A stretch of DNA of 64,000 nt, taken from Macrostomum lignano. Taxonomy: Eukaryota. The stretch spans positions 1 through 64,000 of the forward strand of contig NIVC01001774.1 of assembly GCA_002269645.1 (NCBI GenBank), given 5' to 3'. A program made the translations under genes and the position numbers. The notes under the pieces are model-generated. The model did not search any database. It saw only the letters and a list, made by a program, of their open reading frames with translations, and was not told where the DNA came from. How positions within the stretch are numbered: position 1 is the stretch's first letter; the number at the start of each line of letters is the position of its first letter. This document shows positions 37,701-60,037 of this stretch, piece after piece.

Positions 37701-39737
37701 ATGAAAGTCACTATTGGCTAAGAGCAGTCATGTGAATACTATTCTGTCCAATAGCAGCTTATATGTATATGTTGCTAATAGAAATAGCCAAATGAATCCC
37801 TAGGTTATGCCCAAGCATGCTAAGTATATAAATAGATAAATAACTTTTAAATCTTGTCATTTTCAGCTTTAGTTAATCTAAATATACTAAATAGCATTCT
37901 ATACTTATAAGTAAAACTCCAAATCTTATTTTAGTTTCCATGCTACTGTTTTAGGCCTATAAATTCAATGCTAAATTTCTATGTCATTTCATTCAATTTT
38001 TGGCAAAAGGCAATAAGGGTCTATATCTCTAAAAAATTAAGATTTGTAGGTCTATTAATATAGGAATAAACTTAGAAATTAGGTCCTAGACAACTAAGAC
38101 AACTTCTAGTATAATGATTTAAGTTGATATCTATCTATCTACTATACCTACAGCTAAGACCTAATACCTAGGCCTATGTTAAATGTTTGGCTAAAAACTG
38201 TATTAGAACATTGCTTTGTTATCTTCAATCATTGAGGATAGCAGATAGCACATAGGTAGACTAGTTGCTTTTGCAAATATTTATTTGTATGTATAATGAT
38301 AAAACTTATAAGAATTATAAAATTGTCATGATTTATATGCTAGACAATATTAATGCTATAATTTTCTAAGTGCTATAAGTGCTATTTCTACTTTTGAGCT
38401 TTCAATAGTTTTATTTAAATATTGATTGTCTCGTTCCCAACACTTTCAACTATCTATAATATCATTGTTTCCATCATGGGCTACCTTTCATTCTATGAGG
38501 CAGACCTAGTCTAAATCTCTACCTGACTAACAAAGAATACTGTATAGCATTGTTCTAAGTCTATAGTTGAGACTTTCTTGCTATATATATAATGCAAAGA
38601 TCCAAACTCTAATAGACTTGCTGAAGCACTGAGTTGTACTGCCCATTGCTAGTATAGAAGTTCTTTTCTGTTTGACTTGGTTTGTCAATGGTGTTAGGGG
38701 CTATGTCCCAAGGCACAGAGATGAAGATAGAATGTGCTCAATAGTGTCTTTAGCATTGCAGAAGTCACAAAGGCTGGTTTCCCGAGGCCGAGACGTTGCT
38801 AGATCTAGATCTAGGGTTGGCAAACTCTGGCCTGCAAAGCCTTTCTATCTGGCCCTTGGGTTCTTTAAAACTTCACAATAGCAATTGGACCCACTCAGGG
38901 CTTGTGTCTTTTCTCAGTTCCCTTTTCAAATCTCCTCTCTCTCCTTGTTTCTCATCTCTTCGCTCCGCTGTTCTCATCCCTCCTCTGGCGCACATTCATG
39001 TGCTAGGTTCTCCATCTGACCCTTGATGTAAAAAAGTTTATTAACCCCTGATCTGAATGGACAGGATGCTGACCCTAGCCTAGAGCTGGTTCTGGTTCAC
39101 CACAGCCTGCTTTCAGGCGGGACCTAGCTGTCCTTAGTGTTATGGAAGTGCAGCCCAACTATTCTGTTGTTAATATTGAATCATGCAGTCTATGTCTAGA
39201 CAGAGGGCAGCTTTGGTGCAGTCAATGGTGATGCTGACCTCCACCTGACAATGTGGCAGCTTCAGCCACTGTTGGTTGCTGTGGCCTGGTACTAACAGTA
39301 CAGAAGTGACCACATTCTGGTGCTGAAGGGGAATGTTTTGCTGCTGAAACCGCAAGTACCAGCAGCGTGATTTATTATTACCATTGTTAAATGCAACAGC
39401 CAGTATAATACATGAAGCTGTTATTTTAGCAGATATTAGCAGATTTAGCAGATTTAGAAAATTGTAGAAACAGAAATTATACTCGCATAGTGGCAACATA
39501 GCACTAGTCTATCACTCATACTCTACCCTGCATATACTGAAGTGCTGGCACCCAAGGTGACAAATTCAAGCCTTGCTTCTGTGCAAGTTAAACTGCCAAA
39601 TATATTTTAGACTACATCCTGATCTTTAGTGTCGGCCAATTAAAAGTTAAACACTTGTCATTTGTACGCTGTGTTAGTCAATAAAAGTGCATACAGGAAC
39701 TGCTTGTACTATATTGCAGCTTAGCCAGAATCTATAG

Positions 39738-42700
39738 ATGGCTACCTCCGGTGCGAGTGGGGATGCTGGTGCCAGCGGATCTGGGTAATTTGCTGTTAGG
39801 CATTTTATTTTATCGATTTATTTCGCCTTTTAGAAGCAGCCTGTTGCATTATTGAAGCAATTTCAAATTTTAGATCTGGGCCTAGCTATCAACCAAATAA
39901 AAGGCTGCAACAGACTCAAGCTCAAGTTGATGAGGCAAGTGGTTAATACTCATATTGTATTAGACTGTTAGAGTTAGTAATTGTTCTTTAGGTACAGCTT
40001 CACGCCTTCCACCTCCCCGCCAGGTTGTCGGTATTATGCGCGTCAACGTTGAAAAAGTGATGCAACGCGATGAAAAGATTTCTGACTTGAATGAGCGAGC
40101 TGGTAAGTGGCTAATTTACACTTTCAAAACCTACCGCTGTGTTCCTACCGTTATGTCTTCTCTATGCATTTGTGTTAGTCCCCTATTTATGATAAACATT
40201 GGCGCTAACCTTCACTTACTTTCGCACTACTGGAAGAATATCTTTGGCCCTGTTAATCAATGTTGTCTTCTTTAATTTTAATTAGCTGTTTCTTTATTTG
40301 TGTTGTCTTTGCTAATTATTGCGTATCCTGCTGTTAACTAGGCCACCCCCTACTTATAGTAGTTTGCAGCTTAAACAGAATCAATCAATGACCAGAAAGC
40401 ATCAGTGAGATTCCTCATCTCATCCTGTACCAGAAGGAATTAATGAGATTTCTCATCTCATCCTGTACCAGAAGAAATTAATGAGATTTCTCATCTCATC
40501 CTGTACCAGAAGGAATTAATGAGATTTCTCATCTCATCCTGTACCGGAAGGAATTAGTGAGATTCCTCATCTCATTCTGTACCGGAAGGAATTAATGAGA
40601 TTTCTCATCTCATTCTGTACCGGAAGGAATTAATGAGATTCCTCATCTCATCCTGTACCAGAAGGAATTAATGATATTCCTCATCTCATCCTGTACCAGA
40701 AGGAATTAATGAGATTTCTCATCTCATCCTGTACCAGAAGGAATTAATGAGATTCCTCATCTCATCCTGTACCGGAAGGAATTAGTGAGATTCCTCATCT
40801 CATTCTGTACCGGAAGGAATTAATGAGATTCCTCATCTCATCCTGTACCAGAAGGAATTAATGAGATTTCTCATCTCATTCTGTACCAGAAGGAATTAAT
40901 GAGATTTCTCATCTCATCCTGTACCAGAAGGAATTAATGAGATTTCTCATCTCATCCTGTACCAGAAGGAATTAGTGAGATTCCTCATCTCATTCTGTTG
41001 ATATTTCTCATCCTGTGCCAGAAGGAGTTGGTAAGGTTTCTCATCTCATCTTGTACCAGAAGGAATTTCTGAGATTCCTCATCTCATCCTGTACCAGAAT
41101 CAGTGAGATTTCTCATCCTGTCCAAGGCAAAACGAATGCCCCTTGTCATTTGCACCAAGACTATAATATGTACCAAGACTAAACCCCGCTTACCGGCTGC
41201 ACCACACGCCTCAGACGCCCTTCAGGCTGGCGCCTCCCGCTTTGAAGCCAGCGCCGGCCGTCTAAAACGAAAGTATTGGTGGCAAAACACCAAGGTACTG
41301 TGCTGCGAGTTGCCCGGCATGACTTTGAGTCGCTAATGCTGATTTAAGAGAGTAGAGAGTTAAATGATTGGCTCGGTTTTTGCGATTTTTTTAAACTACC
41401 AATTTATAAATTTTATCCAATCAACTGATTAAATGAGAATCATTGTTGACTTCCAACCTGCTTGACTATTCTTGGCTAACACCCTCCTAGATCTTCGAAA
41501 ATCGGAATTCCTCAGTTCCTTAAATTAGAATAAGCAGCCAACATCTCATCTCCTCAGTTGCTGGGCCACCCTCTCAGATCCTCAGTTGCTGGTCCACCCT
41601 CTCAGATCCTCAGTTGCTGGTCCAGCCTCTCAGATCCTCAGTTGCTGGTCCAGCCTCTCAGATCCTCAGTTGCTGGTCTAGCCTCCCGGATCCTCAGTTG
41701 CTGGTCCAGTCTCCCAGATCCTCAGTTGCTGGGCCAGCCTCGCAGATCCTCAGTTGCTGGGCCGCCCTTCAGATCCCCAGATTGAGCAACCAACATCGCA
41801 GATCCTAAACAGTAGTTAATTCTGTCCTATAATCGAGAAATTGTGTATGATGCAGCCTTGCAGTACATTGTTTTGCTTCGATTGATTGCATTTTATCAAC
41901 AATTTATACCTGCAATTAGCATGCTCACTGAACAAACCAATATCAATGGTTATTCAGCATAAAGTTCTACACTGATTTGCATTCACTTTTTAATTGCATT
42001 GCATTTTGCCACTAACAGACACTCTGCGCATTGGGACGCAACAATTTTCTAATGTTGCCACCAGAATGAAACGAAAATACTGCTGGCAGAATGCCAAGGT
42101 TGCTCTATGTTTTTTATTTACATATAACATGCTTTTGAGTTTTGCTAGTAAAAAATAAGACCAAATTGTGTGCTGGGTTAACTTTGACAGTAATTACTCG
42201 AAAAGTAACTTATCTAACATTGCGTATATCAATGCACTCGTGCTTCTCAAAAATTTTAACCAGGAATTTTTTATTTTACTTTTATCTGTACCCCGGCGCA
42301 TGTATTTTATGTATGACCTGAATTGTCACGGGAAGTTAACACCAGCTAAAGCCCTACGAAATGTAAAAAAGCATTACAGTTATTTTTCACTCTGAAGATT
42401 TCACAAAATACAGAAATCTTCTATTTAGATTGCGTGGGCTGCCAGCCTCCCAGATCCTCAGTTGCTGGGCCAGCCTCTCAGATCCTCAGTTGCTGGGCCA
42501 GTCTCCCAGATTCTTAGTTGCTGGGCCAGCCTCCCAGTTCCTCAGTTGCTGGGCCAGCCTCTCAGATCCTCAGTTGCTGGGCCAGCCTCTCAGATCCTCA
42601 GTTGCTGGGCCAGCCTCTCAGATCCTCAGTTACTGGGCCAGCCTCCCAGATCCTCAGTTGCTGGTCCAGCCTCCCAGATCCTCAGTTGCTGGTCCAGCCT

Positions 42701-44542
42701 CCCAGATCCTCAGTTGCTGGTCCAGCCTCACAGATCATCAGTTGCTGGTCCAGCCTCCCGGATCCTCAGTTGCTGGTCCAGTCTCCCAGATCCTCAGTTG
42801 CTGGTCCAGCCTCTCAAATCCTCAGTTGCTGGTCCAGCCTCCCAGATCGTCAGTTGCTGGGCCGGCCACCCTCTCAGATTCTCAGTTGCTGGTCCAACCT
42901 CTCAAATCCTCAGTTGCTGGTCCAGCCTCCCAGATCCTTAGTTGCTGGGCCAGCCTCCCAGATCCTCATTATCTGGGCCAGCCTCCCAGAGTGTCAGTTG
43001 CTGGGCCTGCCTCCCAGATCCTCAGTTGCCGGGCCAGCCTCCCAGAGTGTCAGTTGCTGGGCCTGCCTCCCAGATCCTCAGTTGCCGGGCCTGCCTCCCA
43101 GATCCTCAGTTGCCGGGCCAGCCTCCCAGAGTGTCAGTTGCTGGGCCTGCCTCCCAGATCCTCAGTTGCCGGGCCAGCCTCCCAGATCCTCAGTCGGTGG
43201 ACCACCCTCCCAGATCCTCAGTTGCTGGGACGCCCTCCCAAATCCTTAGTTGCTGGGTCAGCCTCCCAGATCTCCAGTTACTGGGCCAGCCTCTCAGATC
43301 CTCAGTTGCTGGGCCAGCCTTCCAGATCCTCAGTTGCTGGGCCAGCCTCCCAGTTCCTCAGTTGCTGGGCCAGCCTCTCAGATCCTCAGTTGCTGGGCCA
43401 GTCTCCCAGATTCTTAGTTGCTGGGCCAGCCTCCCAGTTCCTCAGTTGCTGGGCCAGCCTCTCAGATCCTCAGTTGCTGGGCCAGCCTCTCAGATCCTCA
43501 GTTGCTGGGCCAGCCTCTCAGATCCTCAGTTACTGGGCCAGCCTCCCAGATCCTCAGTTGCTGGTCCAGCCTCCCAGATCCTCAGTTGCTGGTCCAGCCT
43601 CCCAGATCCTGATGCACCTGTAAAAAAGCTTTCATTAGTCTTAGTGCGAAGAAGGAAAAATGGCATATAACAACAAATCCATCTAAAAACGAACAGAAGT
43701 CATGCACTCAGACTTTGCCCCAGTTTGCCAATGTTTTTTTCAATGCTCGTTTGTACTAGCATAATCCGGTTTAACGTGCAACAGTGAGAGTTTTCTGACT
43801 CGCCAATGCTAAATAACAGTATTTGATTTTTGTAAAGTTCCAGGCACATGCAGTACATCTAGTTTAAATTGTTTGTTTCAGATGATGCTCATCATCGGTG
43901 TCATTGTGGTTATCATCATAATCATCATAATCAGTGAGTTCGGCTGGTCCGTTTTTCAGTGGGCTATGACCGAATCGATTTCAGTGGGTTATGACCGATC
44001 CTATTACAGTGTGTTATGACCGATCCTATTACAGTGGGCTATGACCGATCCTATTACAGTGGGCTATGACCGATCCTATTACAGTGGGTTATGACCGATC
44101 CGACTTCAGTGGGTTATGACCGATCCGATTTCAGTGGGTTATGACCGATCCAATTTCAGTGGGTTATGACCGATCCAATTTCAGTGGGTTATGACCGATC
44201 CGATTTCAGTGGGTTATGACCGATCCAATTTCAGTGGGTTATGACCGATCCGATTTCAGTGGGTTATGACCGATCCAATTTCAGTGGGTTATGACCGATC
44301 CGATTTCAGTGGGTTATGACCGATCCGATTTCAGTGGGTTATGACCGATCCAATTTCAGTGGGTTATGACCGATCCGATTTCAGTGGGTTATGACCGATC
44401 CGATTTCAGTGGGTTATGACATTTAACATCAGTCTACTCAAACTGTCACCGCAATAAATTTTCAGTCTCGGTGGTCAGCAGCAACAAAGGCGGCGGCGGC
44501 GGTGGCGGCGGCGGCAGCCCCACATCGGCGCCTGGTCGATAG
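39738..44542 (+). CDS. VAMP: Synaptobrevin/VAMP1-3-type R-SNARE, 131 aa
   Basis: Exons 39738-39784, 39874-39934 (GC donor), 40024-40102, 41215-41294, 43882-43933, 44466-44542 (396 nt). Reads [82 protein letters not shown]: zero-layer Arg and C-terminal TMD. Confidence 0.96.
40400..41110. repeat. 38-bp minisatellite GAATTAATGAGATT(T/C)CTCATCTCATCCTGTACCAGAAG
   Basis: Direct reading; VAMP intron 3; internal ATGAGA/TCTCAT inverted motif. Confidence 0.95.
42019..42098 (+). CDS. VAMP: Alternative (mutually exclusive) VAMP exon 4B
   Basis: aacag|...AAG|gttgct. 80 nt, phase 1 to 0 like exon 41215-41294; encodes [27 protein letters not shown]. Confidence 0.8.
42435..43612. repeat. 28-bp minisatellite family CTCAGATCCTCAGTTGCTGGGCCA(G/C)CCT (also 41552-41775 and 46912-47395)
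   Basis: Direct reading; includes a higher-order ~270-bp duplication at offset 900 (42441 vs 43341). Confidence 0.95.
43960..44420. repeat. 25-bp minisatellite TTCAGTGGGTTATGACCGATCC(G/A)AT
   Basis: Direct reading; fills the last VAMP intron. Confidence 0.95.
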
Positions 44543-45160
44543 AGAATCCGACACGAGAACGGTCTGTAGAAGCTGACAAAAATTTAAATTCTGACAAGTT
44601 AAGCAGTTTGACAGAAAGTCAAAGTATTCAAGCTGCGCTTAGATAATTTCTTTTTCGAGATATTTTGGCACCGTACTTACCTTGCTAATTTAAAGAAAGC
44701 TCTCAGTCTCAGTAATTAATATGTATTAATAGCAATTGCAATAAATGATAAAAACTTTGGAACTAATAATCAAAATATCCTACTGTACATCTGTTCATTA
44801 GTAGTGCTTTTTGCGTATGTATAATTTGTTATTTTCCTTGTCTAAACAGTTTTCTGATTTGGTCACTAATTCCTTTGTTCGTTTAACGCGTGATATGCGG
44901 CATTTTGGCTATTGAGTAGCGTTGGTAAGAGAGGCCTGGTCAGTCTTCCTTCTAAAGAATTTCTAAATAAGCGCTACTGTTCTCAAAAAAGTTGATTTAC
45001 ATAAACATAAACAAGCTTTTCTATACTGTTTGATACATCGGCTTTCTAAAATATAATGCCGAAAAAATTAGACTTTTTTGTGTCTTTAAGTAAATTTATT
45101 TTCAATAATAAATCTGCCTATGATGGGGGTTGAGCATTGTAGATGAAAATATCTCTATAG

Positions 45161-46506
45161 TACGAGGTGTATTCAAAAAGTTCTTTTCGGTGCGCTACAA
45201 AACTGAACACAAAACAACTGGAACTATGAAAACACTGTTAGATTGCTTAACATGATTCTGTCACTCATTCACCGCCAATGTCTTTGCACTTCTGCCAGCG
45301 ATTTACCAGGCCTCTGATTCCGGAACTCACACCACTCGCGTCCGTTTGGCGAACAGCTTGATTGCATGCAGCTTCGATGTGCTCGACGCTGTCAAATCGA
45401 ATGCCCCGAAGGTGCTTCTTCACAGATGGAAATAAGAAGAAGTCGCACGGCGACAAATCAGGCGAATAGGGTGGATGTTAGAGCACTTCCCAGCCCCATT
45501 TGCTCAGGAGTTCCACGACGTTGTGCTTGCGATGTGCTGGCGCATTGTCGTGCAGCAGGATCACGCCAGATTCCAGCAGACCAGGGCGCTTCTTTCGTAT
45601 TGCTGGGCGCAGCTTCTCCTGCAGAATCCACTTGTAGTAGTCCCCATTGACGGTGGTTCCTTGTGGGACTGCCCAGTTCAGCAGGATTCCTTGGGAATCA
45701 AAAAACATGACGTGCATGATCTTTATCGCGCCCTGCTTCCTGATGGCCTTCTGAGGTCTTGGAGAATGTGCTGGAAGCCATTCGGCAGACTGGGCCTTTG
45801 TCTCAGGATCCCAGCTGTAAACCCACGTCTCGTCTCCAGCAACAATTCTTGATAGAAAATCCTCCCCTTCTCGATGGAACCGACGCAGGTGGCTGCTTGA
45901 AGCCAGAGTTCGCTGCATCTTTTGCTCACCTGTCAGCAGGTGTGGCACCCACTTGCAGAACTTTTTCTGTAGGAGAAGACGCTCAGTCAGAATAGTGTGG
46001 ACGCTTCCTACTGACACACCAACGTCTTCTGCCAACTCTTCGCAAGTCCGTCGCCGATCATCATCCAAGAGCTCTTGCACTTTCTTCACAACAGTCTCTT
46101 TGGTTGCAGTCATCGGCCTTCCAGAGCGGCCATTGTCCTCAACGCTCTCTCTTCCCTCAGCGAACAGCCGGTACCATTTTAGAACTGTCTGCTCAGTTGG
46201 TGCACAGTTGCCAAGCACTTGCTGAAGCTCCCTAAACATATCCGGTGGCTTTTTTTCCTTGCAGAAACTGAAACTTCATCAAGCTTCGAACGTCTTGCTT
46301 TGAAAATGATTCAGCCATGGCCAAGAAATTGAGTGGCAGCTGATAGAAATGTTCGCTGCTCTAACATAGTTGCAAACTGAGACTTAAAACCCTAGGAACG
46401 TTTAGGCCATAGACATAACTTGGTAAAATCGCTAAAATTCTGTTTACAACGCTTTCTAAAAATAAATGCCAAAGGACCGAAAAGAACTTTTTGAATAAAC
46501 CTCGTA
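45161..46506 (-). mobile_element. Full-length mariner (DD34D) transposon with a disrupted transposase
   Basis: 28-bp TIRs CGAGGT(G/T)TATTCAAAAAGTTCTTTTCGG (1 mismatch) with TA at 45161-62 and 46505-06. Transposase from ATG 46318: WVPHLL, GDETW, HDNA-34aa-D, HPPYSPDL. +1 frameshift in the A7 run at 46250-56; TAA at 45478-80 just before HPPYSPDL. Confidence 0.97.
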
Positions 46507-46743
46507 ATATTGCGCATCTGTTGGTACTAATAGGTGGCAAATGTTCATTAGTAGTATGATAAAAGGTGAAAATTACGTGCTGCCGAATCATTATTTATAT
46601 TATTGTACCTATACTAGAGGGCAGGCAACCGTTACAGTAAAATGGTCTGAAACGCATTAAGAGCGTCACGCGTTAACATATTATATTTAGAAGGTTTCTA
46701 AAAATAGATTTTGCTCGCTAATTCTGCCACTCGCAGTAATTGA

Positions 46744-56635
<9,892 letters not shown>

Positions 56636-59346
56636 TCTGTTGTGAACGAGTGCAATGGTTGATGAACTGGAAAATAACAGCTATTCAAATACAGTGACCC
56701 ATTGCATTGGAAACTACTAGATATTGTTTTTGTTGCAAAGTTGATACGAAATCGTTGATCAGCTTCTTAGTAGTTTACTATCCCTACAGAATTGCTCCCT
56801 ACAGAATTGCAGAGAGTAGCCAGATCCAGAGCAGCTCTTCGGTTCAAGCGTCTGACTCTCGTGCCACAGCATCCAGGTTCGATTCCGTGAGCAGTCAAAT
56901 TAATTTGGGAGTTTACACATGTCTGTGTACCCTGTGTGAGCGTGTGTATGAATGCGTGCTAAGTATCAATTCAGAATCCGCTTGCATGTTCTCAGGAGTT
57001 GGCGGAATGGGCAGGATCGCCCAAGCGCTGGTTGTGGGAGTGTCACCAAAGGCGTTGCGTTAGGGTACCCACAACCCTCCTGCAAAAATTTATTTTTTGG
57101 CCTAAAAAGTCACTTAGTGGCCGAAAATGAAACTCGTACATATAAATAGGAGCTTCATTTGACAGGGTACTGTCGTACTCTGATGATGAGCAATCCATTA
57201 GCTTATTTGCCTATTTGTACCTGAATTCTCTATACGTGGAGAATCTACAAAATCAATAGAAACTGTCAAACTGCATGTAGCTGCTTTTATACACAATTAA
57301 CGGTAGATGTAGCAGCCATTCTCTCCAACACGCAACTCACAAGCCCAGTACAGAAACCTTTCAGAATTACGCACCCAAAACTATAGAGTGCCAGTTGAGA
57401 ATGACTGGCAGCAACAGTTCTGCCAGCAACCGATGTGTGCTGAACCATGAAAAGTCACCGAAAGCTTGAGAGAGGCTACCCGCGGGAGGGTTCTGGGCGC
57501 TAGTCCTATATACTAAAACTTATCGCAGAGAATAGCAGACAAAACTCTAGGCGGAACCCTTTCGAAACGGAAGCCTTTTCAACTCCCGTACTTGCCTGAA
57601 GTAGTCCCAGGTCACAATAGGCTTCGCAAGGCGACTCAAAGTTGGAGACTTCAAAAACTCTGAGAATGTCGCGGAGCTCGACCCATGCAAGGCGGGGTGA
57701 CTAACTATATACTATTGACTTTCCGGAGAGCGGGGCAGAACCAGATAGAAAGACGCGGTATAATTCCTCCCTCGATCTTAACTCCGCGGAACCGGCAATA
57801 TAACTTGTCAAAAAGACAATTTGGGGAGAAATGAGCATTGCAGAGGCAGACCGGAGAGGCGCGGCAAACAGAAGTATTCAGCCGTCAAAGCTTATAGCTA
57901 AGCTATGCCAACCCACTGAGGGTGAGGGAAGTCGAGGGAAACGCCCAATCCAGAAACGAAACAGAGGGCACAGAGAAAGACAAACTGCAGGCAGTCGAGG
58001 CGATCAATTGTCTTTATTAATACACACTGCAGAAAAATATATCCCCTAAACCCTGGGAGGCGCGCAAGGGAGAAAAAAACGAACCCCCAGGATACAGCAC
58101 TAGCAGAGAGCAACAAACGCACCAGCTGCGGTGGAGCAATACTCCTCCTCTGACCGCTTGGACCTGGACGATAGAGAGCTCGCCCACAATAGGTCCCTGT
58201 GGCATCTAATAATCCTAAAGCTTGATCAGCATTAGGAATTGGTTAATATCAGCCCAAACCCGTCGTTGGAGCGTTTTTGAGCAATCTCTCTAGTTCTGCT
58301 ACAATTGTAGCCTTTTCAATGCTCTACAGGCAAGCTTATAGTGTGTCGCTAGAATTGCAAATATATATTACTGCTCAAAAGGTACATTCACAAACTTATG
58401 CAACTCTGCATAAAGGAAATTATTTTTAAGAAGCTGTCCATCTCACTTACCAATCGTACGAACCAAAGCGTATATTAAGAGAGAACGAACAAACACTGGG
58501 CTTGATCTTGCCGTCGAGTCACTTTAGAACAACCAATTGGCTTGGGTAATGTGAAAGTGGAAGCGGTGTAGGATAAAATAGTTTAGTGCTCAAAAAGTCG
58601 CTGGGGCGCCGCCCTCTAAGGAGACACACGCAGTGGCAGAGAGTCGAAGCGAGAGAACCTTGAGGAAGAGTGGGGCGGATCTACAACTGAAGGATTTACA
58701 GAGCTTGAGTAAATACGGACTCAGCAGGTACCTCCCCTTCATGCCAGCCTGTACTGGGAAGCGCAAGTAGCAGTTGATCCGCCCAACCAGCCCACTTTTG
58801 TCTCTCTTCCCTCTGTTCCACAGCGGCAGCAGCAGCCAGCAACCAATAAGCAAATTGATCCGGGCCAGTCCAGGAATGCGGGCCCGCCAGGGCTGTACAG
58901 CCAGTCACTCTGCCACCAATGGCCTCTGTAATTGTGCCTGTAAGCATAGCCGCTTTGCGATTTTGCAGGAATCTCAGTTTGCAACATCCAAGTAGTCCCG
59001 ATGTATTGTCTCGTCCTGTCTAGTGTTTTAATTTTAGAGGCTCAGTAGTGTGACTCGGCTATTTTGGTTAACTCACAGCTCACCACCTTATTAAAAAAAT
59101 CGAAGACAACTTCAAAACGACTTCATTTCAGTTGAAATTTCATTTTACTAAATCAGCATGCTACATAAGGCAACTTGTGTTTGGGAGTGAGCACACGGTG
59201 CTGTATTCTGTTAGTTACACAAAGAGATATGCTCAAGATTCTCAACATACTGTTCAATATCCGATAGAACCAAAATTGATAAAAGCAAAAAAAAACTTTT
59301 ACACCCCCAATTACCAACAATTTTTTGTACGAGTTTAACATCAATC

Positions 59347-59679
59347 TACGAGGGTTGACCGGCGTAAAAAAACAAAAGATACAGAAACATCCATGAGGAG
59401 ACCCCCTGGTCCATCCCGATCAAAACGGTACCGAGGCCAAGAAGCATTGCAGGTAACACAGGTGAAATAGGAGAACAACTGTAGACGACTTTGAAACAAG
59501 ATGACAGGCTACAAGTCACCTGAAATTCAAATCGAGGCGTTTTATTGTTTGCAACCCTGAAACGACTCCCGGGCGCTTTAGATTCAATTGTATATGCCCA
59601 TCTCAGGTTGCAGGGGTTTAGTGAGAGAGCTGAAGACAATGCTAAACAAGAACAGCGGTTTCCGCCGGACAACCTCGTA
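59347..59679. mobile_element. ~330-bp mariner-type MITE
   Basis: Ends TA-CGAGGGTTGACCGGCG and (reverse complement) TA-CGAGG-TTGTCCGGCG; TA at both ends; no transposase ORF. Confidence 0.6.
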
Positions 59680-60037
59680 ATAGAAAAGCATTGAGAAGCA
59701 TAGATAACATTTAGCTAGGCGTTAGTTTACTTCAACTATAAAGACCTCGGTAGAGGACAAGCAACGCGGGAAAACTTATCAAGAAGTTGAGCCAAATTTA
59801 TCTGGTATTCTTGCAAAAAAATCAATCGTTGCGTTCATGTGGAGGGGGTTGACGACTAGCGTCTGTTTAAATGTACATAAGGAGACTGAAAATGCTAGAA
59901 TGTACACGAGTTGACTGCGTAATTTCTATTGGCAATTCTGGTGTCGCAGTTGAAGCATTTGACTCAATTTCTTGATAGTGTCTCTCTCTGTGTAAGGAAT
60001 TTTATAAACTACTCATAGTAGCTTAACAAAATGTTTA

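Noticed and set aside
39725-39740. tctatag|ATG as an SL trans-splice site for VAMP
   Set aside because: No pyrimidine tract and several competing AGs; cannot be distinguished from an ordinary 5' UTR intron.
57830-58260. Decayed RTE-like LINE 3' end (frame reading DRELAHNRSLWHLII)
   Set aside because: Only a vague motif resemblance across broken frames; needs a profile search.
58582-58931. Possible hidden exon or ORF in a GC-rich patch
   Set aside because: On recount the frame stops after ~60 codons; no recognisable motif or convincing splice-site pair.
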